Assembly: GCA_040954595.2 (NCBI GenBank)
Contig: CM082577.2
Location: 7,837,846-7,901,845 of the forward strand
From: Balanoglossus misakiensis
Lineage: Eukaryota > Animalia > Hemichordata
Direction: 5' to 3'
DNA: 64,000 bases
Below the pieces are notes generated by a model. The model saw only the letters and a list, made by a program, of their open reading frames with translations, did no database searches and had not been told where the DNA came from. The translations under genes and the position numbers were made by a program. Of the stretch, positions 25,832-39,500 are shown one piece after another (position 1 is the first letter of the stretch; each line of letters begins with the position of its first letter).

Positions 25832-27529
25832 GTACGCCCTCTAGTGGTAGCACCTTGACTCGGCGACGTCTTTGTTGCTAGGATACGAGAACATGTATTG
25901 TTTACGTTCAGTTTACAGCTGTTATTATTTACATATCTCAAGAGCTATTCTCAGAAAAAGTGTGAATAATTTTCTTTGGTGACATTTAATTTCCAATAGA
26001 TGATTGCATTTTAGCAATGCACTGTAGACAACTATGGCTTGACTGTTGACATATAAGGAGCACATAGACCTTTCCATTAAAATAAAATTGGTATTTTATT
26101 TACAAATGATATTACCGGTAGGTATTAAAACTCAAAGTTCTGAAACCTGTCAAAACATGTAAAACAGTTCCATATTATACTGCAGGGTATGTACACTAAA
26201 TAAAATACAGTAAACTTCTCTCTGTGTCCAAACATATATGTACATCATTTACACTTCTATGAATTTGGCATGATTAAAACTATACATTTTTTAATATTAC
26301 AATACGTGTGTGTGTACTCATGAATAAGATGAGATAAAAATATGTAAAATCTCATCTCCTTGAAAAATTAAATTGGCATGATTTTGTTATTTGTGATAAT
26401 TGTTTGAGATATAGTTTCTTCCAGTTTAAGTACGAGTTGAGTTTTGGCCATTTGCTAAGTCTCTAGGAATTGTGGGAGATAGTTTGATCTTGTTTAATAG
26501 TTAAATAGTACAGTAACAAGTGAAAGTGTGACCACCATTTTAAGTATGAGAAATAACTGTAGTTTCTGGTAAAACCAGACCAAAATATTTGTTGAAAAAC
26601 AACGCATAAGAACGTTAAATAAGTACTAGTACATTAGAATGCTTCTTACGAACCCATGAAAGTATCAAGTCAATAATAGTACTGTATTTGTTCACAAACA
26701 GAACTGACAACTTTGTACAAAGAATCATAATGTAGATCACAAAAGTCTCTACCCGTCAAAAAATCAATATATACCATCAGTAGATATGTACAATTCATTC
26801 TTCAAGACCATAGTGCAAATATTGATTTCTGTCAATACATTTTTCCACGGTCTACTCAGAACTTTTGTCACTTCCACACAAGCAAATATAGTTATTCTAA
26901 ATTGTGCTATAATCTTATAATCTACATCTTATTTTATTTTACTTCTTCATTTCTAAAGATGGCTGCCTAAATAAATGCTACTCTGGGTTAGTTCAATCTG
27001 TGTATTTTCAATGTAATGAAAGCTATCAGATGTACATCTTATGGATTCCCCTTTTGAGACGGGAAATACATTTTTTCCATTTCACATGGAAATAAGGAAG
27101 TGCGCCTGACCCAAAGTGTGTTGGCAATGACTTGACAGGGACAACTTGAAATGAATTTCTTCATTGTTCTTGACCTAAACTCCCAGATCGGTTCTGCTTC
27201 TCACTGGTATTCAGTAAGAGTTCTTTAACAGCACCCTCCCACAACAAACACAGTCAATTCAAGAGCAAAGCGGGTGGAATCCATATTTGCATTAGGTATC
27301 TGTACCACAGTTCCATGCAGGTATAATTTGGCTCACTTAGATCCTAACTCCACAACAGTGATTATCAGGGTAAGTGTAGTGTGAGGGCGCTACACACATC
27401 AACTGGAACTGTACACTGACATCTCAGGGAAAAACAGAACTATTTCATGAAGAGTCTAAGTCTCGATCTTCACAAGATGTCCTCTGTGCGAATGACTTCA
27501 ACTTGACTGAGCCACGTGATCAGCCAGGC

Positions 27530-30500
27530 TCACAATGGGTCCAGTTTGCTGCGTCTTGGCTTTCTACTCAGATAGCTATCGTCCTGTAACAACACACAAA
27601 CAAACGTGTCGATTATTCTATGGCAGTATAAAAGTTTAAAACTCCAAGAGAAATCAGAACTTATTGAGATAGTAAAACCTAGTGTCTAAACCAAACCCTG
27701 TCTAATCTGGAAACCTGTCTATACCGAACACATTTTCCAGTCCCTTCGACATAGAACCACATGTTAAAGAACCTCTATAAACCGGACACCTCTGCAAACC
27801 GAACAATTTCTTCAGTCCCTTTGGTGTTTGGTTTAGACAGGTTTTACTGTAATATTCTCAAAAATATGAGTACTCTGTATATGTACTTACATAGCCACGA
27901 TACGAGTCTCTGAGGTAGATTGGTGAACGGGCAGAGAATCCATTGGTGTTTTCATTCATACGGATCAACATGGACTCTTTCTCTTTGCCCCATCTTCTGG
28001 CGTTGGATTCCAGCTGTTTACATGGGGGAAAATAAATACAACTTTATTCAAATTCAAATTCCAGGTTTCAATCACTGCTATTTTGTATACACGATCCACA
28101 GTACTGACAAATGCTAAAATTAATAGTCACATCACAATGCACTGTTGTCATTGTGGAAGACTGGACAAACTTACTTGTTTCTCAAGCGACATAATTCTCC
28201 CCTCAGCTCTGTCTAGTTTGGCATAAAGTTCCATTCTCTCAGCTTCATCCAGAGCTGTTGTCTGTGAAAAAAATGAACCAAATGAAGGTAAAAAGAGAAG
28301 GCCAAGTATCAACCAATAAGCTTTGTTGCACGTACACCTGGGTAACACAGCCTGGAGTTCAAAGGTCAATTGACACCTCTCATGCCTACCTTAGAGGGGG
28401 GATTCATTTTCAGGTACTCCATTTCAGTTCGTAGCCTGGCATTCTCTGAACTCAAAGCAGTATAGGCTTCAGATTTCTTGTCAGCTAAAAAAAAAAGATT
28501 AAAAAAAAACTTATGAAGTAGACTATTCATTCTCCAGACTACAGCTCTGATAATGACAGTTTTTCACTGTGCAGATAGTGTCAGTTAGTACTGCGGAGAT
28601 TTTACTCAATCCAGACTTTCCCATCCAGGGCAATTAATCCACGAGCATACACTACACTAGATTGCCTTGTTCTTAATGCAAATGAGACTGTGCACACAGT
28701 ACCTTCAGGTTCTTATAAAGTTGTTTGTTTTAGAACAATCAGACTACTTTTTGCAACTTGTACATGACATACATTGTACATCATCTGAAATTGCTGCAGT
28801 GTGACCTGAATAAAGGTTTACACCAGCTATGATACTTTAGTAAGACACTTAAGAGCAGTAACTTGCACAAGTTAAGACAAAGACTCACACACACCTGCTA
28901 CTTGCCCATTTTTGATTTTTTCATTCAGCAATTTTTCAAGTTTGTCTATGACTTTCTCTTGTTCTTTGATTGTTTCTTCCAACTTCTTGACTCGTTCCTG
29001 TTTACTTTGGAGTTTCTGCAGCATTGCTGATTGGGCCAGGTGAGCGTCTTGAAGATTCAGGTACTCTTTCTCTTTGTCATTTTTCTGTTGAAGGGAACAC
29101 ATGGATATGATGCTGTATCACCCTCAGTCGTCACTTTGACTTTCTCATGGTGAAGTACTGATGGAAAGATTGAATTACCGGTATTACTCAAAGTAGCAAT
29201 CTCTGAGGTGCACCATTGGCTTTGGGACAGACCAACCCACCCCCACCCCCCAACCCAATTAACAGTGGCACAAACCTTAATGATTTCATTCTGCAGCCGT
29301 TGTAATTTGTCTTTGGAGTGAGTGGCATCTGCCGTCTGGTTCATCAGCTGTCGTCTGAGAAGTACTGGAATAGATGAGGCACACACCATTTACAATCAGG
29401 GAGGGTTTTGCAAAGTTGGACAGGTGGAGAGTAATATAGTATGCAAATACATCAAACGTGGAAATATGTATTGATCCTCTAAAATTTCAAGCATTACTTT
29501 GACAGAGTAAGGTTCCTTACATGGTATATCTACAGAACAACAAATATTTACATGTCTGGAGTTGCGATGATTTTCATACACGACCCCCAAATTAATTTCT
29601 CAATATATATGGCCTTGTTTTATCCAAATGGCAACTGTTGTATAAACTATTAGAACTGTTACAAACTTACAAAATCGTTCCATGAGGTCAGCCCTACTGA
29701 CACCGTCCAAGTCGGTGGCATACAGCATGGCTCGGGTCGAGTCGTCGTGCATATGAAGCTGTCTCCTCAATTGACTGTTTTCTCCTTCGAGTCTGGCAAT
29801 CTCCTCTCTCAGCCTCAGGATGTCCTTCCCCATCCTCTTCATGGCGTCTCTGTAGTTGTCCAGTTCCTTCATCTGGTAGTCTAGCAGGGACAGGGCATGT
29901 TCCTCCGAGTATGGCGGTTTGCCAGTAGGAACAGCCATAAATGTACTGTGCACAGGAAAACAGACAGTATCTTTGTTATAATTCAATTATTTGAAAACAA
30001 AATTCTAGAAATATATAAAAAAAAAATTCTAAAAATATTCCCAATTGTTTGTTTACTTCATGAGTGAGGTAAAATGACAGAGACAAGGGGTGGTCCATGA
30101 TCACACGACGACGTACATGTACTTCACATTGTTACTAAGCTCACTGACACTTTGCTGCTGACAAAAAGACATGCATTGGGGATTTATTATGTTATGAAAG
30201 TGGAAAGCCACGTATAAGAGTATTGTCAAGTTTTTGCTGTGAAGTCAAGGAGATACCACTCTATGGGGAGAGAGAATTATTTGTAGAATTCTATTAACCT
30301 GGCAATCCTGGGATCTGGTGCATATTTGCATAGGCCTTGCCAACACTTCAAAACATGGCTTACAATTGTTAGCCTATAAAAATTCCAATTTTATATCTCA
30401 AGAGAATGCACTTGAGCATTGTCTCTCAATGCTGATGAGTGTATAGGTTTATGGGGAAATACAGTCTGTGTTCAAAGACCTAAATTCCAATTTCAACTCT

Positions 30501-33500
30501 ACAGCAGTTCCCAATTAAAACATCTAGGTGTACACTTAGCAATGGCCTATGAGAACAGTGCCTCCAACAGGTATTTCAATAGTCTCCATACTTGTGTTGC
30601 TTGGAAACTTATTTTTCCATTAAGGTAGGCACTCTGATTGTGCACATACTTATTAAATCATGCAAATTATGTCCATGTTGCGTTGCTCGTAAAATCTACA
30701 TTTATCCCCGAGGCCAGTAATCAATTTTAATGAAAAAGGGCACTCATTCTAATTAGGTTGACAGCTAGCTACAGAAACAAGGTCATGGAGAAACTGACTT
30801 ATGACATTTTTAATGGAACAAGTAGTATAACATGTGCATTGTGCATGATATGATGTCAATAATTGATAATGTCTTCAAACATGTCCGTGTTGTCAACATC
30901 TTTGAATGGAATGATCAATTCAACAGGGCATCAGAAAACAGTGTCTGCGCTGCGACATCTCATTGTCTGTTCCATGGCCCATGAATTTTCTCAGCTCATT
31001 GAACACTGTCAGAAGCTGTCCTCTTATCTGTAGCAGGCAGCCTGTTGCCATGGTGAGCTGTTTGTCCTTGTTGCCGGGTGATTTAGTCAGGTTGCCACTG
31101 GATAAGGTTATCAGATTATCTGACCCTGACCAACATCACCAGGGGAGGGGCTTTGAAGTCTTTATATCCAGGCAGGTCAGGGTGTTAACATAGCAAGGAT
31201 TTACAAAAACCCACGTCATGTACATGACTGTATGAATACATGTTACTGTGTGAGTCAACACACATCAAAACAAAGCTGATGTCAGCCACTCGATTTGTGG
31301 TGCTGTGAACAGTCGTGCATTCTAATGATCTGAAATGAATCATGATCAAAGATTACAAATTCCTGTAATACTCTTAAATGTAATATGGACATCCCAATTT
31401 CCCCACCACATAACAGTATAAGCCTGTAAAAACAAGATTATTCCATTGCATACATGTATGTGGGGATGAATTCTGTCTAAATGTCAACTCACGTGATTTC
31501 TTCTGGTATTGGTGGATGTGACCTCTGAGGGTTGGTGAACGCATTCTTCAAGTGGGGTGGAGGGTGTCTTGTTGGGATGACGTCCCCCCTCTTGTTGGCG
31601 GGAGGTGGGGTGGATTCCGGGTATCTCCGGGGACTGCGTGCGTATATGTACTGATATTCCGGGAGAACGCTCTCCAACGCGTCGTGAGGGGGCAACTTGC
31701 CATCTTCAACCGGCTGAAAAAAATTCAATGCAGAAAAGGATGCCATATGAGTGAGATTATTTTGAGGAACTTTGCATCAATGGCTGTTGTTATCAATAAT
31801 ATGTTAACCTGGTCTAACAATCGTGTGAACCCCTATGGTTAAGAATAACAAGGTAGCTTTAGAGTTTAACATTGAGTGAAAGAAGAACTCAACTATTTGT
31901 GAATACAACCAGAGCACTGTGAGCTCATATGATGCACCATAGACTCAACAAACTCACTGGTGACTCAAGAAAATTATCCACAATACATGCAAAGGCATAG
32001 GGCTGACTCAGAGACATTTTTAGAAATCCTCAAATTGACTCAAGGACACGCAACAACCAATGATCAGGTTTTGACTTAATTGGAAACTATATCACCAGGA
32101 CATTTTCAAGATACATTGTAAGGATTTCCAAGATCGAACATATAAAGTAATTTGTGTAAAAAATATCATATCAACAGGTGTCCACCAAGTCTCTCTATGA
32201 ATGTACACATGCATTCTGCAAATCATTAAAAGACAAGGTTTTGTATTTTGGCATTCGTGGCAAATCCACCAGCCATGCTTTTGTGTGTGAATTTGACTGA
32301 CAAGCAATCATTTGTGACCTACATGTCCTGAAATCCAAAATTCATCTTATATAGCTGCCCTTGACAAATCAATACCTGTCTTGTATGGATAGTGTACTCA
32401 ATATCCAATCATTCTCATCAATAATATAACATTTCTCCTCATTGATAACATAATAACTCTGCTATTCATGAATGACTGTAGGCATTATATGCATTATGTT
32501 CAAATTCTCACCCTTACACAATCATTCAACTTTCTGAATGGATTCAATTTTCAAAAGTTAAACTTCACATTGATGTTTTCAATCAATTTCTTGCATAAAA
32601 ATCAATCTTGAAAAGTCAATTTTATTTTCATATGAAAATGGTGATTGAGAACATTTCTGAGCAAAAAAAAAAAATCAATATGCCAAGGTCCTTTTGACCC
32701 ATAATGTCTGGACGCTGTAAACTACAAAAAGTAGGAAATGCTGTCACACAGCACAGATATTGATCTTTTTGCTGGGTTCTGATTGTTCATTTGAAATTGC
32801 TTCCTTAAGCCTTCCTGTATAGTTTCCATGAAGAGGATATTACATCGCAGTCTGATACACGCTCCTTTCTCATCAAATTTCCCTGTCTAATTTCCCTACT
32901 GTTGAGATCTTTAATAGCGCTGGACGCAGTGAGGTACACTATAAAAGAAGAGAATTGTGGGGTTCCTTGCAGCTGTTACAGCTTTACATGGTACCATGGT
33001 ACCACTGTGGTATCTCCATGATGGTTCTTAGTGTTGAGCTGAAGGCATGTAGCAAATTGTTACTTGTAAATCCGGATCCCATTTCACATCTCACTCTTTG
33101 GTAGAAATTAATTTCATACCAGCTGTTGACATGTCAGACTTTTCAATTAATCATCTGAAACTACATGTACAATATTGCACATACAGAATTGATGCATTCG
33201 TATACATCAATAAACCTGTCATGTACATTAGTAATTTTCTGATCATTGTGCCTACAGTATTTTGAGAACATTTTCCTTATCCACTTTTCCAACTACATTG
33301 TACTACTAGTACTAGCCACCATTAATATTTCTGCCAATATAGTACCTTAATAACGTTAATATATGAATTCTAGGAGTCTTAAATCATCATATAGTTGTTT
33401 TAAAAAGCAAACATTCCAAAAAATAACCCCAAGACATTTATATAGTCTTCATACTGCATAGTCTTCGTGCCTGTTTTATGCACACTTTTAATCAAAACAG

Positions 33501-36500
33501 AAATGTTTGTAGAATTTGTCATAAACTGCAAATACTATAAACTAAAAATAGCAAGTTACTGATAAATATTGACAGATGCTATGGGCAGTGTGATATATTT
33601 TTATTTTTAGTTTATTTTATGCAAGTGTGTGACTTCAAAAGAATGAGTGAAGTTGGCTGTATAATCAAGAAGCTAAGATAGGTTTGTTGACAGTTATTAA
33701 ATGGAAATTCAGTACCATACGTAGTGTGACATGACACAACAATTAATAGCTGTACTTTGGCCAGTGATAAAGTAAGGACCTGCTCACGGAAAATAAACTA
33801 CCTTTGACATTTTTGACACAAATATCACAGCAATAGTCAAGTATTATCACTTGGGGGTATTAACTTAACCTCTAAAGAATATATGTACCAATAGAGAAAA
33901 ACACTCATGTATGTGAAGAAAATATCAGTACCCACTCTACAAATGTAGAAGTACAATTAGTAAGATTAAACTGAAACACGTAAACACTCCATTCACAAGG
34001 GTGACTCTAGAACTGACATAATAAATAAGAGATTTTCGCTTTGGACTACAGTATGTGTACTTACTGAAGAAGTGTACGGCCTATAATAAGCAACAGCCAT
34101 AACGTCTGTGTACTGTGAAACTGTCCTAACGATCAGTGGCTGGGATACAAAATATTCTCCAAAAAGTCAACAGCGGTTCAAATCTCTCAGTGCTTACATT
34201 TCGCAAGATGGCCGGTCAGCCCTTTATGTTTTATAAACGCTACTGGCCCAGTACAGTAACCTCTTTGTTATTCAAATCAGGTGTGTACACACAGATTTGT
34301 TGCACTGATTTCTATTTCCTAGCAACCTGACCTGTGGCCATGAGCCCTGCCCTCTTCGGAGGTTGACACCAGCCATTGGCTATCCTCTGTTCATTTGAAT
34401 AACAAATGTTGTCAAGGTCCACTGGCAGAGGACTCTCTAACTATGGCCGGTGGGTGCAGTTCAGGTGATCTGAATTCAATGTGTCAAACACGGGATAAAC
34501 AGCATTATAACCCTCTGTTGTGCTGGTCAACTTGCCATGGTGTATTGGGGAGTCAATTTTGAGAAAAATACCCCGTCCTATTCAATGGGCAAAGTCTACA
34601 AAAGCTACTTCTTTTAATTCTATAAGGATTAAAGAGAACTGCACAATAACACTAGTTTCATGGGCTGTTGATTTCTTTTCAAATTGTTTGGCTGTATATG
34701 TCCATGTTCAGCGTTAACAAACCATTTGCACTTATAAACTCTTCCAAAATAATACCTAATGTGATTTTAAATCAAGTTAATTTAATTATTTCAGTTAGTA
34801 TACTAAAAATATAGAACAATTTTACTATCTTTAATAGACAAAATACATAAAGTGGTGTGTTTCTAAATACATGGGCAAAAAAAGAGCAGCATCAAGCAAG
34901 GGTCACTACTATGACAACAAGCTGACCCCAAACTAAAGTAGCCACGTAAGGTTCAAAGGTCATAGCATATTGCCATGTTTGATCTATGTGTAATAACACC
35001 ACTTGTAATGATTTTAGGTGGAGTTGAAATAAAGTCTGTATCAGGAAATTTATGGCAGTGAGCACCATATTACAACAGGTAAATTTATTATACTGGCATC
35101 CTCACATTACAACGTATCACTGGCCATGTCACAGTATAATCATAAATTTCCATATTACAGACATGCAAGCCTGCTGTGGCAATGGAAAGTGATGACTTTG
35201 ACTCACCACTCTGGGTTTGGGTTTCCTGGTCAGCATCCAAGTTGGTTCTTCTGGTAGAGGCTGCGGTGGGGGAGTTGAGGGAGGGGTGAGTTCCAGCCGC
35301 GGCGTCGGAATGGGAGAGACGTCCAACCTCACGGAATCAAGTGTTGGAAGCAGCTCGGGATTAGACACGGAACCAAGTGCATCAGGTCTCTGTGAAAGGG
35401 AGGGCAGCACAAATGAGTGGTTAAACAATGGACAGGACAGAGTGTTTTGTTGGCAACAAATTGTGTAACAGCTAATAGCCAGGTCACAGGGTCAATTTCT
35501 GAAAGTCTATTTGTGTTCACTGTACTGTCTATGGTTGCAGGCATTAACACAGTTTCATGCCTACGGCACTTACAATGCAGATGTAAATGCATGTACTTTC
35601 TATTTCTAAATCTTACAAACAAGCCACTCTCAGGCATGCAGTCTTAATACCAAATCACTGAAAAACAAATCAATACTCTTAGTAATAGGGGTTCTCTTAT
35701 TGAGGTAAAGTACTAGCTACCCCAATCATGCGCCTCCAGGACATTCAACAACCACTTACTTGAGTAACACATATAGTCTGATATATGTTATCGTTTAATA
35801 TTGAAAATGAAACAAAAACCCTCCAAAGATCTGTCATTTATAAGCTGAATTATTGTGATCGGGCTTAATGGCCAGGTACTAGGTACGTACTGGTACATGT
35901 AATTATTCACTATGAAGCGAGGAAGAAATCATGAACAGCAGGTGAAACCACCACTGACACAGTTAATTGTTACAAATATAATGCAGCAATATCACCGCAC
36001 AGTACAAAACAGACCATCTCACAATTTTATTTTAAAAGTTATACTGTTTGGCAATTCAAACTTACCTCTGATGTGATGAGACGTAATATCATACCAACGG
36101 TCGGCGTTCTCGAATCCACTGTTTGCAAACTGGTGTCCTGTTGAGGAAAATATTACAAGAAACTTATTATGATACAATGTACATGTAGGTTACTTCCACA
36201 TAAATCAGTGTTCTACCACAATCTCATTTTACACACATAAATATTAAAGTAAAGTTGGCAGGTAAGTTTAATAAACCATGTGGAAAAATCTGGCCACTTA
36301 AAAAATTCAACTCAAATTACATACTTGATCAATGGATGGAAAACATCTTCAAGTCACTTATCATTAATTACCTGTATGGGAAGGCCTTCAACACGTATAC
36401 CCAGTCTACCACTATCAGCCATCAAAACATCGTAGACTTTTTTGTCCAGTAATAGAACCGAATAACCAACTGGTTTGCGAAGATGCCAGCTGCTGTCACT

Positions 36501-39500
36501 GAGCGCTGTGAAAAATGGTGGGGAGAAACACATCACTCTGATTATCACAATGATACTAATTTTACAGTCTTGTACCGATCGAATCCAATAATGATGTCTT
36601 TGGAATTGAAAGAAAATAGGAATGATATGGAACAAATTATCTGCAAATGAGAAGAGCTGTAAATTTATGTCACATAGATCACTAAATAACTCACTGTTTG
36701 TGGATGGAAAATATTCAATGATTAAAGCAGCTGCCTCGGAGAAAATAGTCGCATTGTCCCGCGATTGGTGGAAGAAATACATGTGATCCCACACTGGCTG
36801 TTGCTGGGGTGCTCCCGGCAAAGAAATCTGAAACAAGAAGAATCAGTGATAATGAATTTCATGATGATGCTCTTTGGATTTTATGGGGTAAGGAGTACGA
36901 ATTAGACCATGATTCATTTCACCACTGACAATGAGTGAACAATTTTGCAGCACGTCGTACCTGTGGATATCCTTGTCTCTGTGCTGGGGGCACTCTGAAC
37001 ACAGAATGGTGTGGATCAGGAAACTCTACAGTTGTCAGGGTTATACCATCGGAGATGGGGTGCCTCATTAGCATATCTCTCCTGAAAAAAAAGAATATCA
37101 CAAGAATGAATTTTTTAAAGGATGACATTGTACATGTCTGTCTTTCACTGCCAGTCATCATCAAACAGATCTGCTTCAAATGTTGATTGACATCTGTGCA
37201 GATACTACATGTATATGCTATCAGGTCACATTGGGTTTCCGAGTGATGTTGTTGTTGATCATCCGAATGCTAATGCAGCAGGTCCAAATGTAATCGTGAC
37301 TTTGTTTATACAACACACAACTCTTCCAAGATGAATCCTGCATTGAGTTGTTGTTTTGCAATTTTTGTTGTTGTCCCAAATTGATTGTTTTAGCTTCCAT
37401 GGAAAGCTGATATCAAATACACTGTAGAGATCATATGTGGTACATCAAAACAGTCAGGAAAGTGAGACTGTAATCCCCAGGGTTGGGGGGGACAGGGGGT
37501 AGGTGAACCCCTAAAATGAGGTGAGGAGACCAGAAACTCATAAAGATGATTCCCTGATGCCTCAATGAAGTGGATGATGAATAATTTACTTTACAAGCTG
37601 ATTCATGCAGACACTCACTTGTACGAAAAGTAATCGGGCACAACTCTAGCCACAGCGATGAGAGGTCCCATGGGATTGGCAAGTTCCCTCTGCACTGCTC
37701 TCAGGTAGACCTCCAGACCGGTGTAGACAAAGTTTGGATCTCTGGGGAGCACGCTGCGTTTACGCATGATGGTCACATACAGTCTCTTCCCAGACATAGA
37801 GTCATATTTGTCCGGCTGTGAGCAGGAAGTTGGGGATATGAACATGATATAGAAAAATCACATGTACTTGCATCTTACTTTTTTGGGAAAATATATGTGA
37901 CAGTTCTGAGTTTTCAAACTTTTACTAGTTTTAGAACAGCCCTCTGTATAAGAATAAAATTATTCTACAAACTGCAAAATAAGTTCACAATGTATTTCAG
38001 AAAGTGGGTGTGGTCGAGTAGTTTATACTGCAATGGCTGATGGGAAGGGAGTAAGGAATCATGGGAGTTCATAATCAATTACATTAAGTGGGTTTTGCGG
38101 TCAAGACGTCATTGCCATTAAATTGGCTCCAGAAATAGGGAACAGAACCACACAGAACAGCAACATGTACTTTAACGTACATGTACATTAGCTTTGACAT
38201 ATCAAATTCCTTCTATACGAAGTTCTCTGACAATACTTCTTTAGTTTTCACTTTTACAAATACAGTAAAAGCATTTAATGTATTGTCAGCAGAATGATCC
38301 ATAAGTGAGTTCCTTTGAACAAACACATCTTTTGCCTGGAGCTGTGTCTGTCACATTCCTAAATGTTACCGCCGCTTTGAAAGCATGCTTTGAAATTGAA
38401 TGAATAGATATGTACATTCACAAACTTCACATTAGTGTTTGTTTTCGAGCAGCAAAAAATTCTTTTTATTCGTGTTTGCTTTTCTAGCGTTCCATTGGAT
38501 GTGCGCACAAACATAAAAATGGCATTTATACCATTACTAAATGCATTTTAGTTCAAATATGGAGTGTTAGATTATGAATGCGAATCTTGTAACAAACTTG
38601 TGAAAGGGCCTCAAATCATCATTACGTGATTTTTAAAACATACACATTTTTATAGGACAAGCTGAACCATTTTTCTCATTGTACCGGACCGTCAAGCACT
38701 TTCACGCAGTGGGTGTAAAATGAGTTTTCACGATTTTTCAGAAAAATAAAACCCAGGTGAGGTTGAGACTGATGATGTAAACACCTACCTCAACAAGTTC
38801 TAAATGGTATTGATGAAATGGTACCAGGTAATTCACAGGTATTCTGTAATAGGCCAACTTTTCCTTGGTGGGAGTATCCGCAACTTTTAAAATCAAATCT
38901 GAAATAATGAAAAACGAAACGGCTTTACAATTATGACAAGAGCAAAATCTAATAGTAAATAATTATGGTTTGGTATACAGTCCAAAATGACAGTCCAAAT
39001 TTAAGTACAAGTACCATAGATGCAGCATTTGTGTGTGGTTTGACAAACAGGCGAAACTTAAAAACTTGATTTTCACATTGCTTTGTGTCCTGATATAAAA
39101 TAGCACGATGTGGTAGTAGGATAGTCACAATGCAGGTTCTCACATTCGTTTTTGGCCAGATGTTCTTCAACCTCGACCGTCAAGAATTCTTCAAAAGATG
39201 GCGAATGCGTCGGATGGAGTGTTGCATGAGTTGCTGATTGTGCCGCTTTGCCATGCAGGTCATCACTGTGGCTTTTCCTGGAAAAACACGTACAACACAC
39301 ATTCCGGCGTCAGTGAGACATTTCAGGAAAATTGTGGATGAATTGGATGGTGACAAACTGTTGCTTAGATGGGTTAATACAGAGATAGAAATGAATGTTA
39401 GATGACAAGAAAGCTAAGCTGGATTGAGAGTTCATGTATGGCTGACTTAAAGTGAAGGGGTCGTCGCAGAATGAACGAAGCAGCCAACTGTAGCGTAGAC

